A DNA stretch of 64,000 bases. Source: Bradymonadia bacterium. Its GTDB lineage: Bacteria > Myxococcota_A > Bradymonadia > UBA7976 > UBA1532. Positions 1-9,781 of the stretch are shown piece after piece. Where the stretch lies: contig JBKAGE010000050.1 of NCBI GenBank assembly GCA_046290225.1, positions 1 through 64,000 on the forward strand, given 5' to 3'. The notes beneath the pieces were generated by a model that was not told the DNA's origin, searched no databases, and saw nothing but the letters and a program-made list of their open reading frames with translations. How positions within the stretch are numbered: position 1 is the first letter of the stretch; the number at the start of each line of letters is the position of its first letter. A program made the translations under genes and the position numbers.

Positions 1-1115
1 TCAGAGATGCGGGCCAGCGCTGTCTCACGTTGACGCTCCAGCTCGGTCTCAGCCTTGCGACGTGCCGCCTCTGCGGCTTGAGCACGTTGCTCTGCTGCGA
101 GGCGAGCCTGCTCGGCCTCGGCGGTCTTCGCACGACTTTGCTGAGCGACGCGATCTGCCTCTTGCCGGGCGGTGTTGGCCTCGGTGCGAGCCAGATCAGC
201 TTCCTGAGTCTTTTGAGCCAGCTCACCTTGCACCGCGCTGAGGGTGCGCTGCAGGCGGGCCACCTCGTCGGCCTGATCGTTGCGTCGTGCCTCCTCGAGG
301 TTGCTCTGCACCGTGGTGAGACGAGCAGAGAGCGCAGAGACTTGCTGATCAGAGCTGAGACGGGCTGCGAGGGCCTTCTCGGCCTTCAGCTCCGCCTCTC
401 GAGCGCGCTGCTCTGCCTCAAGGCGAGCGGCCAGCGTGGCGTCTTTCTCGGCGCGGGCCTTGTCGAGCTGCGCCGTGAGGGCCGAGCGCTCACCCTCGAG
501 GCTGCGGATCCGGCCTTCGACGGCCTGCCGGCTCTGCTCGAGACGGGCCAGCTCTGCCTCAGCGCGCTGGCGGCCAGCTTCGGCCTGGGCCAGCCGGGCC
601 TCCGCCTGAGCAGCCCTGCGCTCGGCGTCTCGGGCACGCTGCTCAGCCTCGGGGCTGCCGGAGACCAGCGAAGATGAGCGTCGGCGAGAGCCGTCTACGG
701 TGATGCGCAGGCGGTTGCCCTCTGCCTTCACTTCGTAGAGCGCATCGATCTCGAGACCGATGATGATCCGACCCACCGAGACTTTCTCGTCCTGGTACTG
801 CACAGCAGAGATCTCTTCGATCACGCCGTTGTCCACGTCGATGGGCTCGGAGATGGCCGAGACATCAGCGTTGGAGACGTCGACGAAGAGGCGGTTGGGC
901 TGCGTGAGCTTGAACACCGCAAAGGTCGGCGGTGCAGAGCCTGTGACGATGATCTCCGTCGCCGTGGCGGTCTCGTTCACCTCGAGGGCGGCGAGAGCGT
1001 TGGCTTGTTGCGCCACCTCAGCACCGGTCTGAGACCAGGCCGGTGCCGGAGCGAGTTGAAGCAGGCCAACGAGGGCCAGCCCTTTCAAAGGGCTCTTCTT
1101 GGGTCGATGACGCAT
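1..1115 (-). CDS. pilQ: Type IV pilus secretin PilQ, N-terminal part (signal peptide, AMIN domain, long coiled coil); truncated by window edge
   Basis: Not in the ORF track because it runs off the edge. Manual translation from ATG 1115 gives MRHRPKKSPLKGLALVGLLQLAPAPAWSQ...IIVTGSAPPTFAVFKLTQPNRLFVDVSNA (AMIN-like 'F.L..P.RL.VD'), open to base 1. It lies directly downstream of pilMNOP. The secretin domain itself is not visible. Confidence 0.8.
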   Translation of the reverse strand, partial: MRHRPKKSPLKGLALVGLLQLAPAPAWSQTGAEVAQQANALAALEVNETATATEIIVTGSAPPTFAVFKLTQPNRLFVDVSNADVSAISEPIDVDNGVIEEISAVQYQDEKVSVGRIIIGLEIDALYEVKAEGNRLRITVDGSRRRSSSLVSGSPEAEQRARDAERRAAQAEARLAQAEAGRQRAEAELARLEQSRQAVEGRIRSLEGERSALTAQLDKARAEKDATLAARLEAEQRAREAELKAEKALAARLSSDQQVSALSARLTTVQSNLEEARRNDQADEVARLQRTLSAVQGELAQKTQEADLARTEANTARQEADRVAQQSRAKTAEAEQARLAAEQRAQAAEAARRKAETELERQRETALARIS

Positions 1116-1138
1116 CGTCTTCCTGACTTGTCCACCGG

Positions 1139-1753
1139 TCACCGGAACAACTCCCCCGCTTCCTCTTCAGACCAGAGGCTGCGGCTGGTGATCACGAGAT
1201 TGCCTTCGGCATCGGGCTGAAGCGATTTGAACACCAGCTCATTGCGTTTGATGCGGATCAAACGGTAGGGGCGCTCTTTGCCGATGATGTCGCCCACCCG
1301 AACAATGTGACCCTCGCCATTGGGATCAGTCACCATGGCTTTGGGCAGCGCGGTGGCTGTGATGATCGCTTTGAGGCTGTACTTCTCGAGCTCGTGCCTT
1401 GAGAGGGCGCCTTCGAGCACAATGCCCTCTGGCAGAGGCTTGACGGGATCTTCCGGGGGCTTGAGCTCTTCGACGAAGATGCGGAACGGATCGCGGGTCT
1501 CTTGGAGTTCGAGGCCGCTCTTCCGGCTCCAGTCACGATAGGCGTAACCCGAAGGCAGGTTCAGGCCCGCCGTGGGATCGCTCTTCTTCTTGCCTCTCTT
1601 GCGCTTTTTTTTCTTTTTCTTTTTCTTTTTCTTCTTGCCACGCTTGGGCTGAGCGCTGCCAGCAGAGCCGCCATCGTCTCCGCAGCCCGTGAAGGTGAGG
1701 GCCACAGGGGTGCTCAAGCACAAAGCGAGCATAAGCGTATAGAGTCGACGCAT
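1139..1753 (-). CDS. pilP: Type IV pilus assembly lipoprotein PilP
   Basis: Lipobox FTGC after a hydrophobic signal (MRRLYTLML...); 'RDPF' and 'LKAIITATALPKAMVTDPNGEGHIVRVGDIIG' PilP motifs; located between pilO and pilQ. Alternative GTG start at 1840 overlaps the pilO stop. Confidence 0.88.
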   Translation of the reverse strand: MRRLYTLMLALCLSTPVALTFTGCGDDGGSAGSAQPKRGKKKKKKKKKKKRKRGKKKSDPTAGLNLPSGYAYRDWSRKSGLELQETRDPFRIFVEELKPPEDPVKPLPEGIVLEGALSRHELEKYSLKAIITATALPKAMVTDPNGEGHIVRVGDIIGKERPYRLIRIKRNELVFKSLQPDAEGNLVITSRSLWSEEEAGELFR

Positions 1754-1836
1754 CACCGGACGAGTCGACGCCTTGTCGGTGCCCCTATCAGTGTTGCTGG
1801 CAGTGTCACTGTCAGCGACATCAGGCGCGTTGGCTT

Positions 1837-2418
1837 TCACTGAGCACCTCCCTGAGTGCGATACACGAAGGTGGTGGCGGTGCATTGAGCTTCCAGCTCC
1901 GGGCCGTCGCTCTTTCGATCGAGAACACTGAGTTGAATGTTCTCCACGTTGACGATGCGGGTCAGGTTGCCCACATAGTAGAAGAACGTGGCGATGTGGT
2001 GAAAGCTGCCTCGAAGCGTCATCTTCACTGGGATGCGAATGTAGAGATTCTCGTCTACAGCGTCTTCACGCTCGAATCGAGCAATTTGCAGACCCACGAT
2101 CTTGGCCTGACCATGAATCTTCTGGAGCAGGTCACCGAGCTCCGCGTTGGCCGGCAGGCGGTCCTGGATGCTGGTCAGCTCCTCGGTGATCTTGTCGATG
2201 CGCTTCTGAATCTCTTCAGCATTTTTGCGGGCGGTGTTGTTGTCCGCGATCTGCTTGGTGAGCTTCTTGATGTCCCTGCGGGTGCGTGAGATGTCTTTGT
2301 CGATGCTGAGGTACACGAAGTTGTACCAGAGCGCCGCGCCCCCGAGCAGGATCATGGCCTGAAGCAGGATGCGCTGCCAGAGGGGTACGGCGAGGAAGCG
2401 TTCCAAGAGCGTGTTCAT
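1837..2418 (-). CDS. pilO: Type IV pilus assembly protein PilO
   Basis: N-terminal TM, coiled coil, 'LP...E...LL', 'IPVKMTLRGSFHHIATFFYYVGNLTRIVNVENI' PilO motif; operon order. Confidence 0.93.
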   Translation of the reverse strand: MNTLLERFLAVPLWQRILLQAMILLGGAALWYNFVYLSIDKDISRTRRDIKKLTKQIADNNTARKNAEEIQKRIDKITEELTSIQDRLPANAELGDLLQKIHGQAKIVGLQIARFEREDAVDENLYIRIPVKMTLRGSFHHIATFFYYVGNLTRIVNVENIQLSVLDRKSDGPELEAQCTATTFVYRTQGGAQ

Positions 2419-2429
2419 CAGTAGCCCCC

Positions 2430-3149
2430 TCAGCCCTTCTTCTTGGACGTTTTCTTGGACTTCTTCTTGCTACCCTTGGCGCCCTTGCCTTTCGCGGCAG
2501 GGGCGGTCTTGGGGCCGAAGATGCGGTATTCGTCTGCAGGGCCGTAGAGGGCCAGCCCCTCGAGGTTGAACCGCACCATGGGCACGCTCTTCAACTGCTC
2601 GAGCTCCACCACTTCGGAGATGTTGAGCTGGAAGCCCACGAAGTGGTTGTCGTTGTTGAGTCGCTTGTAGAACTCGGCGACGTCGCTGTTGCTCCGGGCG
2701 TAGCCCGTGATGACCACGCGCCGTTCCTTCTCGGTGAAGGTGTCGATCCAGAGCCGTTTGGCATCCCAGTCAGGGTTCCAGCCCATGCTCTTGACGGTGA
2801 TCTTGTCCACCGGATCAGAGATGGGGGTGGTCATCAACGACAATGCGTTGAGCATCTTCACCGGGCCGATCTGGTTTTCGGAGAGCTGCTCGAGCACCCG
2901 CTGCTGCTCTTTGAGTCTTTCTTCCTTCTTCGGCAGATCGTCGATGTTCTTCGGTGGCTTGATGTCTTTGTTTTTCTTGAGCGTTTTGTGCTTCTTGGCC
3001 ACCACGTCGTACTTCTTGCTCTTCTCCTGGGTGAAGTAGAACAAGACGGCGGCCTCGAGGACCACCAACGCGAGGAACAGCAGCAGCTGCTGCCGACCCT
3101 TGATCTGCTTTTGGGTCTCCCTGACCGGGAGAAGGTTGATGCGGATCAT
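2430..3149 (-). CDS. pilN: Type IV pilus assembly protein PilN
   Basis: Diagnostic N-terminal MIRINLLP, TM, coiled coil, 'ITGYARSNSDVAEF'. Confidence 0.93.
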   Translation of the reverse strand: MIRINLLPVRETQKQIKGRQQLLLFLALVVLEAAVLFYFTQEKSKKYDVVAKKHKTLKKNKDIKPPKNIDDLPKKEERLKEQQRVLEQLSENQIGPVKMLNALSLMTTPISDPVDKITVKSMGWNPDWDAKRLWIDTFTEKERRVVITGYARSNSDVAEFYKRLNNDNHFVGFQLNISEVVELEQLKSVPMVRFNLEGLALYGPADEYRIFGPKTAPAAKGKGAKGSKKKSKKTSKKKG

Positions 3150-4192
3150 TTGTCGAGGGCCCTCCTCAAAGCGAGGCCGAAGGCCACAACGGAAATGGGC
3201 CGCATCTCGGCGAGGAGTTCCTCGCCGAAGAGCTTGCGGTCGATCTGCAGGTTCCGAAACGGATCCGTGAGTTCGACCTTGACCCGGGCACGACGCTCGA
3301 TGGCCTGGGAGAGGCTGGGCTCTCTCGCGGCGCCGCCGCTGAGGTACAGCTTGCTGAACTGACTCTCGGCGGCGTTGTTGAGGTAGAAGTCGAGGGAGCG
3401 CTGGATCTCGCCGGCGAGGGTGTCGCTCACCCGCTCCATGATGCGGCGCAGCTCCGGACGGCTGGCGTCGGTGGGATCCTGGTCGACTTTGAGGTTCTCC
3501 GCCTCGTCGTACGACACCCCGAGCTGTTTGCGGATCTCTTCGGTGTAGAGGTTGCCGCCCATGTTGATGTCACGGGTGAACATGGTGATGCCGTTCGACA
3601 CGATGGACATGTTCACCGTGGTGGCGCCGATGTCGATGAGGGCGATGGTCTCACCGGGGTTGAACCCGTAGGCGTTCTCGAAGGCGTTCTGCACGCTGAA
3701 GCAGTCCACCTCGACAACGACGGGGGAGAGCCCCGCGGTGCGCACGGCGTGCACGTACTCGTCGACCATGTCGCGCTTGGCGGCGACGAGCAGTACGTCC
3801 ATCTGGCCCTGGTCGGGGCGCCGCTGGAGCAGCTGGTAGTCCATGTGGACTTCGGTGACGTCGTAGGGGATGTACTGCGCCGCTTCCCAGTTGATTTGTT
3901 CTTCGAGCTCGTCAGCATCCATGGAAGGCAGGCTGATCTTTTTGATGATCACCGACATGCCGCTGATGCTGAGCGCAGCGTCTTTGACCTTCACCTTGTG
4001 GGTGCTGATGAGGTCTCTGATCGTGTTCACCACGGCGGACTGCCCCATGAGCGAGCCCTCTACGATGGCTTCGGTGGGCAGCGGCTTCATGGCCAGGCGC
4101 TCGAGCTGAAAACCCCGCTTGGTCTCCTTCAGCTGGACCAGCTTGATCGAGCTGGCGCCGATGTCGAGGCCGATTGCGTTTTTGCGGGCCAT
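3146..4192 (-). CDS. pilM: Type IV pilus assembly protein PilM (actin-like)
   Basis: 'IGLDIGASSIKLVQL', 'ALIDIGATT', 'LSGGAA', 'GLALR' motifs; start set at MARKNAIG (4192). Confidence 0.95.
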   Translation of the reverse strand: MARKNAIGLDIGASSIKLVQLKETKRGFQLERLAMKPLPTEAIVEGSLMGQSAVVNTIRDLISTHKVKVKDAALSISGMSVIIKKISLPSMDADELEEQINWEAAQYIPYDVTEVHMDYQLLQRRPDQGQMDVLLVAAKRDMVDEYVHAVRTAGLSPVVVEVDCFSVQNAFENAYGFNPGETIALIDIGATTVNMSIVSNGITMFTRDINMGGNLYTEEIRKQLGVSYDEAENLKVDQDPTDASRPELRRIMERVSDTLAGEIQRSLDFYLNNAAESQFSKLYLSGGAAREPSLSQAIERRARVKVELTDPFRNLQIDRKLFGEELLAEMRPISVVAFGLALRRALDK

Positions 4193-4409
4193 GCGCGTCC
4201 TTTTTAGAGAGTCGCTGTCGAGAGCCTCTTCGAGGGGGCCAGAGCGAGGCCTTCGCCCGTGAAGGTCTCGATTCGGGCTCAGCTCTGTTTTCGGCGTCAC
4301 CTCAAAACGGCTTTATATGGACCGTTTTTCGAGGGGAGTCCTGAGCTTGAAAGGTGGCACACGGGGCCCGGGAAGGTCAACAATCAAGGCAACTTGTAGC
4401 GCACTTCCC

Positions 4410-5699
4410 TCAGACTCGACTCATGGGCACACGCCACAGCATGACCCCCCCCACTGCAAAGAATCCAAGGACCAGAAGCATTGCATTGTGAATGCCCATG
4501 GCATCGCTCACCGGACCAAAGCTCATGCCCAGGACGACCGACACCCGGTTGAACATGCCCCAGAAGCCGAACATCTGGGCTGAGCGCTCCGGGGGAGAGA
4601 GCAGTCCCACCACGGCCCGGCTCGAACTCTGGATCGATCCCAGGCCGGCACCGGCGACGAGGGCGAGGCCGAAGAAGACCTGTCGGGGCTCGAAGCCCGT
4701 GGCAGAGGCGATGCCTGGCAGGAAGTAGATGCCCAGGATACCGCCCATCCACCAGCCGATGGTGATGAGCACAGTGGTCTTGGCGCCGAGCTTCGACTCG
4801 AGCACGCCAAAGCCCAGGGCGCCAAGGGCGGCGCTCACCTGCAACACGATGAAGGTGATCGTGCGATCGCCCACCCCCATGTGCAGCTCGGCATCCATGT
4901 AGATGCCCACGAACTTGATGATGGCCTCCATGCCCGCCATGTAGACCGTGAAGGCCAGGAAGAACTTGAAGAGCACGGGGTACTGCTTCACCAGCGTCCA
5001 CGACGACTTCAGCTCGGCGAAACCGGCGGCAGTGAGCTTGCCGAAGCTGGCGTTCTCGAAGCCCGGAGTAGGGCGTTGCCGGGACTTGACCAGGGCGAAG
5101 GTGGGCACGGCGGCCACGAGGAAGAACACCCCAGTGAGCACCATGGCGAGCTGGTTCTCGGCGATGTAGGCCCCCGATTGCTCTACAGGATCTGCAGAGA
5201 CCACCTGCATGACCAGCACGAGGCTGAGCAGCCCGCCGAAGTAACCGAGGCCCCAGCCGAGGCCGGAGATGATGCCCATGGTCTTTGGGGTGGCCAGATC
5301 AGTGAGAAAGCTCGCGCAGAAGCTCTCGCCGAGCATGAAGGCGGCGTTGGCCAGGGTGAGCAGCCCGATGGCGATCCAGAGATCGCCGGGGCCCACGAAG
5401 TACAGGCCCATGGTACCCAGGGCGCAGGCGAGGGTGGTGTAACCGAGATAACGCTTCTTACGGCCGCTGTAGTCGCAGACTGCCCCAGCGAAGGGGGCGA
5501 GCAGCATGGCCACCACGGTGCTGATGACCACGGCGAGGGACCAGTAGGTGTTCGCCGAGTCTCCAGGGACGATGTGCCCCACAAAGAACGGGGCGTAGAT
5601 GGCGGTGATGACCACCGTGGTGAAGCTCGAGTTGGCGAAGTCGTACATCGCCCACCCGAAGATCTCCTTCTTCTTCACCGGTGCAGTGGTGACGTTCAT
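4410..5699 (-). CDS. MFS transporter, UMF1/Atg22-like family
   Basis: 'WAMYDFANSSF', 'ISGLGWGLGYFGG', 'GSIQSSSRA' motifs; about 12 hydrophobic segments. Confidence 0.85.
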   Translation of the reverse strand: MNVTTAPVKKKEIFGWAMYDFANSSFTTVVITAIYAPFFVGHIVPGDSANTYWSLAVVISTVVAMLLAPFAGAVCDYSGRKKRYLGYTTLACALGTMGLYFVGPGDLWIAIGLLTLANAAFMLGESFCASFLTDLATPKTMGIISGLGWGLGYFGGLLSLVLVMQVVSADPVEQSGAYIAENQLAMVLTGVFFLVAAVPTFALVKSRQRPTPGFENASFGKLTAAGFAELKSSWTLVKQYPVLFKFFLAFTVYMAGMEAIIKFVGIYMDAELHMGVGDRTITFIVLQVSAALGALGFGVLESKLGAKTTVLITIGWWMGGILGIYFLPGIASATGFEPRQVFFGLALVAGAGLGSIQSSSRAVVGLLSPPERSAQMFGFWGMFNRVSVVLGMSFGPVSDAMGIHNAMLLVLGFFAVGGVMLWRVPMSRV

Positions 5700-5752
5700 C
5701 GGTGCCTTCGACCTCACGGTGTGTCGGCAGAGCTTCGCCCTTCGGGCTGTGG

Positions 5753-7141
5753 TCAGCTCAGGCCATAGTCCTTGATTTTGTAGAGCAGAGCGCGGTGGCT
5801 GATCTCGAGCAACTCTGCGGCCCGGGTGCGATTGCCACCGGTCCGTTCGAGGGCTTTGCGGATCAGCTCTTCCTCGATGATGCGGGCGGTCTTCTTGATC
5901 GACAGCTCACCACTGGCGAGGCTCATCTTGATGCGGCTGCGGCCCTCGCGGATGACCTCGGGCAGGTCGTCCGGGCTGATGAGGGGCCCCTCGGTGAGCA
6001 CCACGGCACGCTCCACGGTGTTCTCAAGCTCGCGGATGTTGCCGGGCCAGCTGTGCTCAGTGAGCAGCCGCATGGCTTCGGGGGCGAGGCCGTTGATCTC
6101 GGTGCCGAAGCGGGCGTTGAAGACCGTGAGGAAGTGCTCCACGAGCAGGGGGATGTCGGTGCGACGATCCCTCAGGGGTGGCAGGCGTACAGGCAAGACG
6201 TTGAGACGATAGAAGAGGTCTTCCCGGAAACGGCCCTCGCTCACCTCTCGCTCAAGATCTCGCACGGTGGCGGCGATGACTCTGACGTCCACAGGGCGGT
6301 GCTCCGTGGCGCCGAGGGGCCGGATCTCCTGCTCCTGCAAGGCCCGCAGTAGCTTGGGCTGCAGGTTGAGGGGCATCTCCCCGATCTCGTCGAGGAACAG
6401 CGTGCCGCCGTGGGCCTCTTCGAAGAGGCCTCGCCGGCTGTGGGTGGCATCGGTGAAGGCACCCTTGATGTGGCCGAAGAGCTCGCTCTCGAGCAGGCTC
6501 TCGGGAATGGCGCCACAGTTGATGGCGATGAAGGGGGCCTCCCGCCGTGGGGAGTGACTGTGCAGGGCCCTTGCCACCAGCTCCTTGCCGGTGCCTGACT
6601 CGCCGAGCAGCAGCACGGTTGTCTTGTAGTCGGCCACCTTGTGCAGGGTGCGAAACACCTTCTGCATGGGGGCGGCCCGCGCGATGATCCCCTCGAAGCC
6701 GTGCTGCCCGGCGAGGGCCTCTCGCAGCCGGCTCACCTCACGGGTCAGCTGCTGTTGCTCGATGGCCTTGCGCACCCGAAAGATGACCTCCTCGGTGCGA
6801 AAGGGCTTGGCCACATAGTCGAAGGCCCCCGCCTGGATCGCCTTGAGGGCGGTGTCGGTGTCCGCGTGAGCGCTCATCAGGATCACCGGTGTGCTCACGC
6901 CTCGGCGGCCCAAGGTGCTCAGCAGAGTCATGCCGTCCATGCTGGGCATGATCAGATCACACAAGATGACGTCGAAGGCCCCCTCGTCCAGCGCCTTGAG
7001 GGCGGCCTCGCCATCTGCGGCGCCGAGGACGGTGAAGCCCTCACGGGACAAGTGCAGGTCGAGCATGTGACGAATGTTCTCTTCGTCGTCGGCGACCAGG
7101 ATACGGCGATAGGGGGTGCTCTGCAGGGGAGGGGCGCTCAT
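5753..7141 (-). CDS. Sigma-54-dependent response regulator (REC-AAA+-Fis HTH), PilR2-like
   Basis: REC (ADDE...CDLIMP...KPF), [48 protein letters not shown]-terminal [16 protein letters not shown]. Confidence 0.92.
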   Translation of the reverse strand: MSAPPLQSTPYRRILVADDEENIRHMLDLHLSREGFTVLGAADGEAALKALDEGAFDVILCDLIMPSMDGMTLLSTLGRRGVSTPVILMSAHADTDTALKAIQAGAFDYVAKPFRTEEVIFRVRKAIEQQQLTREVSRLREALAGQHGFEGIIARAAPMQKVFRTLHKVADYKTTVLLLGESGTGKELVARALHSHSPRREAPFIAINCGAIPESLLESELFGHIKGAFTDATHSRRGLFEEAHGGTLFLDEIGEMPLNLQPKLLRALQEQEIRPLGATEHRPVDVRVIAATVRDLEREVSEGRFREDLFYRLNVLPVRLPPLRDRRTDIPLLVEHFLTVFNARFGTEINGLAPEAMRLLTEHSWPGNIRELENTVERAVVLTEGPLISPDDLPEVIREGRSRIKMSLASGELSIKKTARIIEEELIRKALERTGGNRTRAAELLEISHRALLYKIKDYGLS

Positions 7142-7151
7142 GGCCGGAAAG

Positions 7152-8801
7152 TTAACACGCCCCAAACCACGCCCCAAAGGGTGGCAGCGTCAGGGTGCCC
7201 TTCGAGGCGTCGAATGATCCTGGCAGGCCATGGCCCTTCAAGGCCTCGAAGGTCGACCAAGCGGTGAGATCGTCCACCGGCCAGGACTTCGCTTTGCCCG
7301 AGAGATTGAACACCACCCGCATGCGCTGATCTTTGAGCGCGCGGTCGAAGGCAAGCAATGGCGCCGGCGCGTCGAGCCAGGTGAGATCACCCGTCTGCAG
7401 CACCGGCTGCCGACGTCGCCAGTGCAGGAACTGCTGGATGCGAGTGAGGACCGACTCGGGGTGCTGTTGTTGATCCCAGGCATGCTTCAGGTGGGCATCG
7501 GCCATGGGCATCCAGGGGCGATGGGTGGAGAAGCCGCCATGGGGGGCCGAGCCCACCCAGGGCATTGGGGTTCGGGCACCGTCGCGGCCGGTGACCACGG
7601 GATGGAACGTGAGGCCGTACGGATCACGCATCTGGGTCGGCGGAACGTGGGGTTGGGTGAGCCCCAGCTCGTCCCCCTGATAGAGGGCGCTCACGGCCCG
7701 CACGCTGGAGAGCAGAGCTGGGAGCATGACCGCTTGAGCGGCTCTCACCTTCGCCGAAGCGCCATCGCTGCCGAGAGACTCGGCGAGGCGGGTGGCGGGT
7801 CGGGCCACGTCGTGGTTGCCCAGGCTCAAGCAGGGCCAGTCGCCAGGACCGAAGGCCCCAAGGGTGCTCCGGATGCGGTCGGGATCGAGCTGTGAGCCGA
7901 GTAGGCTGAAGTTGTAGGCCATGTGCAGCCGGCGGTTGCCCCGGATGTACTCTGCCGAGGTGCCCGATCCTTCTGCCTCGCCCACCTCGGCGAGGGTGAC
8001 GGCGCCATAGGTGTTGCACAGAGATCGCAGCTGCCGAATGTAGTCCACCACCTGAGGCCGGTAGGCGTTGTAGCGATCGATCTGCCACAGCCGGGGCTTG
8101 AAGCGGGCCTCGGGGGGCGGCGGGTGATCGAGGGGGCGAGGGGGGTTGTTCCTCAGGCGACGATCGTGAAACAGGCAGTGCAGCGCGTCGAGGCGAAACC
8201 CATCGACCCCCCGGGCGAGCCAGAAGCGCGCCACCTGCAACATGGCCTGCTGCACTTCGGGGTTGTGGAAGTTGAGATCGGGCTGCTCGGGCAGGAAGTT
8301 GTGAAAGAAGTACTGCTGACGCTCAGGGCACCACCGCCAGGCGCTGCCGCCGAACTCGGACTGCCAGTTGTTCGGCGGGGTGCCGTCGGGGCGCGGATCG
8401 GCCCAGACATACCAGTCGGCCTTGGGGTTGTCCCGGCTCGAGCGGCTCTCGGCGAACCAGCCGTGCTGGTCCGAGGTGTGGCTGAGCACGAGATCGATCA
8501 TCACCTTCAGGCCGCGGCTGTGGGCCGCCTGCAGCAGTTGATCGAAATCTTCGAGGGTGCCGAAGATCGGATCCACCGCTGTGTGATCGGCGACGTCGTA
8601 GCCGTAATCTTTGAGCGGGGAGCGGTAAAAGGGCGACAGCCACAACGCGTCGACGCCGAGATCGGCGATGTGGGCGATCTGCTGGAGCACGCCGGGCAGG
8701 TCGCCGACGCCATCACCGTTCGAGTCTTTGAAGGAGAGCGGATAGACCTGATAGATGACCGCGCCTTGCCACCACTGAGGGTCGGTGTCGGCGGTCATCA
8801 A
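7152..8801 (-). CDS. Alpha-glucosidase, glycoside hydrolase family 13
   Basis: 'IYQVYPLSFKDSNGDGVGDLPG', 'DYGYDVAD', 'DLVLSHTSDQH', 'GVDGFRLDA', 'NHD', 'RDGARTPMPW'. Confidence 0.93.
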   Translation of the reverse strand: MMTADTDPQWWQGAVIYQVYPLSFKDSNGDGVGDLPGVLQQIAHIADLGVDALWLSPFYRSPLKDYGYDVADHTAVDPIFGTLEDFDQLLQAAHSRGLKVMIDLVLSHTSDQHGWFAESRSSRDNPKADWYVWADPRPDGTPPNNWQSEFGGSAWRWCPERQQYFFHNFLPEQPDLNFHNPEVQQAMLQVARFWLARGVDGFRLDALHCLFHDRRLRNNPPRPLDHPPPPEARFKPRLWQIDRYNAYRPQVVDYIRQLRSLCNTYGAVTLAEVGEAEGSGTSAEYIRGNRRLHMAYNFSLLGSQLDPDRIRSTLGAFGPGDWPCLSLGNHDVARPATRLAESLGSDGASAKVRAAQAVMLPALLSSVRAVSALYQGDELGLTQPHVPPTQMRDPYGLTFHPVVTGRDGARTPMPWVGSAPHGGFSTHRPWMPMADAHLKHAWDQQQHPESVLTRIQQFLHWRRRQPVLQTGDLTWLDAPAPLLAFDRALKDQRMRVVFNLSGKAKSWPVDDLTAWSTFEALKGHGLPGSFDASKGTLTLPPFGAWFGAC

Positions 8802-9781
8802 AGCCTCAGCTGCACATAGGACTTCGCCTTGAGCTCCTCGACCCAGCGCTTGAGCTCTTCCACCCGGCGCTTCTCGGTGAGCTTCATGCGCAGCTGGCTG
8901 CGAACCTCTTCGAAGGGAGGCACGGGCAGCTGGTTACGCTTGAGGGCCTTGATGACATGGAAGCCGAACTTGGTCTGCACCGGGCCGCCGACGCCGCCCA
9001 CCTCGAGGTTGAAGGCGATCGCCTCAAAGGCCGGGTCGAGGCTGCCGCGGCGGAACGTGCCGAGGTAGCCGCCGTTCTGGGCGCTGGGGCCCTGGCTGTA
9101 CTGCCGGGCGAGATCTTCGAAGGACTCACCGGCGCGGATGCGGGCGAGGATCTCTTCGGCCTTCTGCTTTGCCGCGGCGCTCTCCACGGCGGTGGCCCCC
9201 TCGGGCAGCTTGAGCAGGATGTGGGCGGCCTCGAGCTCGAACTCGGTCTGGGCCTGGGTCATCTGGCTCTTGTAGAATTCCTGTAGATCGCCCTCGCTCA
9301 CCCGGATGCGATCACCGATGACCCGCATGATCACCTTGCGTTGGAGCAGCTGCTCGCGCACTTGGCTGCGGAAGTCGGCGGTGTTGATGCCCTGGCCGGT
9401 GAGGTAGAGCTGCATCTGCTCGTCGGACCAGCCCTGCTGACGCTTCACCTGCTCGATGTGCCCGGAGACCTCGCCTTCGGTGATGTTGATGCGGCGCTTG
9501 TCGGCCTCTTGCATGACGAGCTTCATGCCCACCATGTCGTTGAGGCCGCGGCGCATCTGCTTCTCGCGCTGCTGAGCCCGGGTGAGCGGATCGGGGATCG
9601 AGTCCACCTGCCGCAGGATCGGGACCATGGCCTCTTCGAGCTCGGAGAGGGTGATGATGTCGTCGTTCACCACGGCGACGACGCGATCGATCACTTTGGC
9701 AGAGGCCGCTCCGGAGAGCAGGGTGCCGGCAGCGCAGAGGAGCGCGAGCAGAAGGCGAGGAGAGGCGGCCATGGGGATCAA
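8798..9781 (-). CDS. surA: SurA-type periplasmic chaperone/PPIase
   Basis: Signal peptide, 'DRVVAVVNDDIITLSEL' SurA N-domain, parvulin domain 'HIL...FEDLARQYS...GGYLG...GFHVIK'. Confidence 0.85.
   Translation of the reverse strand: MIPMAASPRLLLALLCAAGTLLSGAASAKVIDRVVAVVNDDIITLSELEEAMVPILRQVDSIPDPLTRAQQREKQMRRGLNDMVGMKLVMQEADKRRINITEGEVSGHIEQVKRQQGWSDEQMQLYLTGQGINTADFRSQVREQLLQRKVIMRVIGDRIRVSEGDLQEFYKSQMTQAQTEFELEAAHILLKLPEGATAVESAAAKQKAEEILARIRAGESFEDLARQYSQGPSAQNGGYLGTFRRGSLDPAFEAIAFNLEVGGVGGPVQTKFGFHVIKALKRNQLPVPPFEEVRSQLRMKLTEKRRVEELKRWVEELKAKSYVQLRL

Noticed and set aside
30..677. 215-aa Leu-rich ORF on the + strand
   Set aside because: Antisense shadow of the pilQ coiled-coil region on the - strand.
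4355..4372. TGGCAC upstream of pilM as a sigma-54 promoter
   Set aside because: Wrong strand for pilM and no TTGC -12 element.
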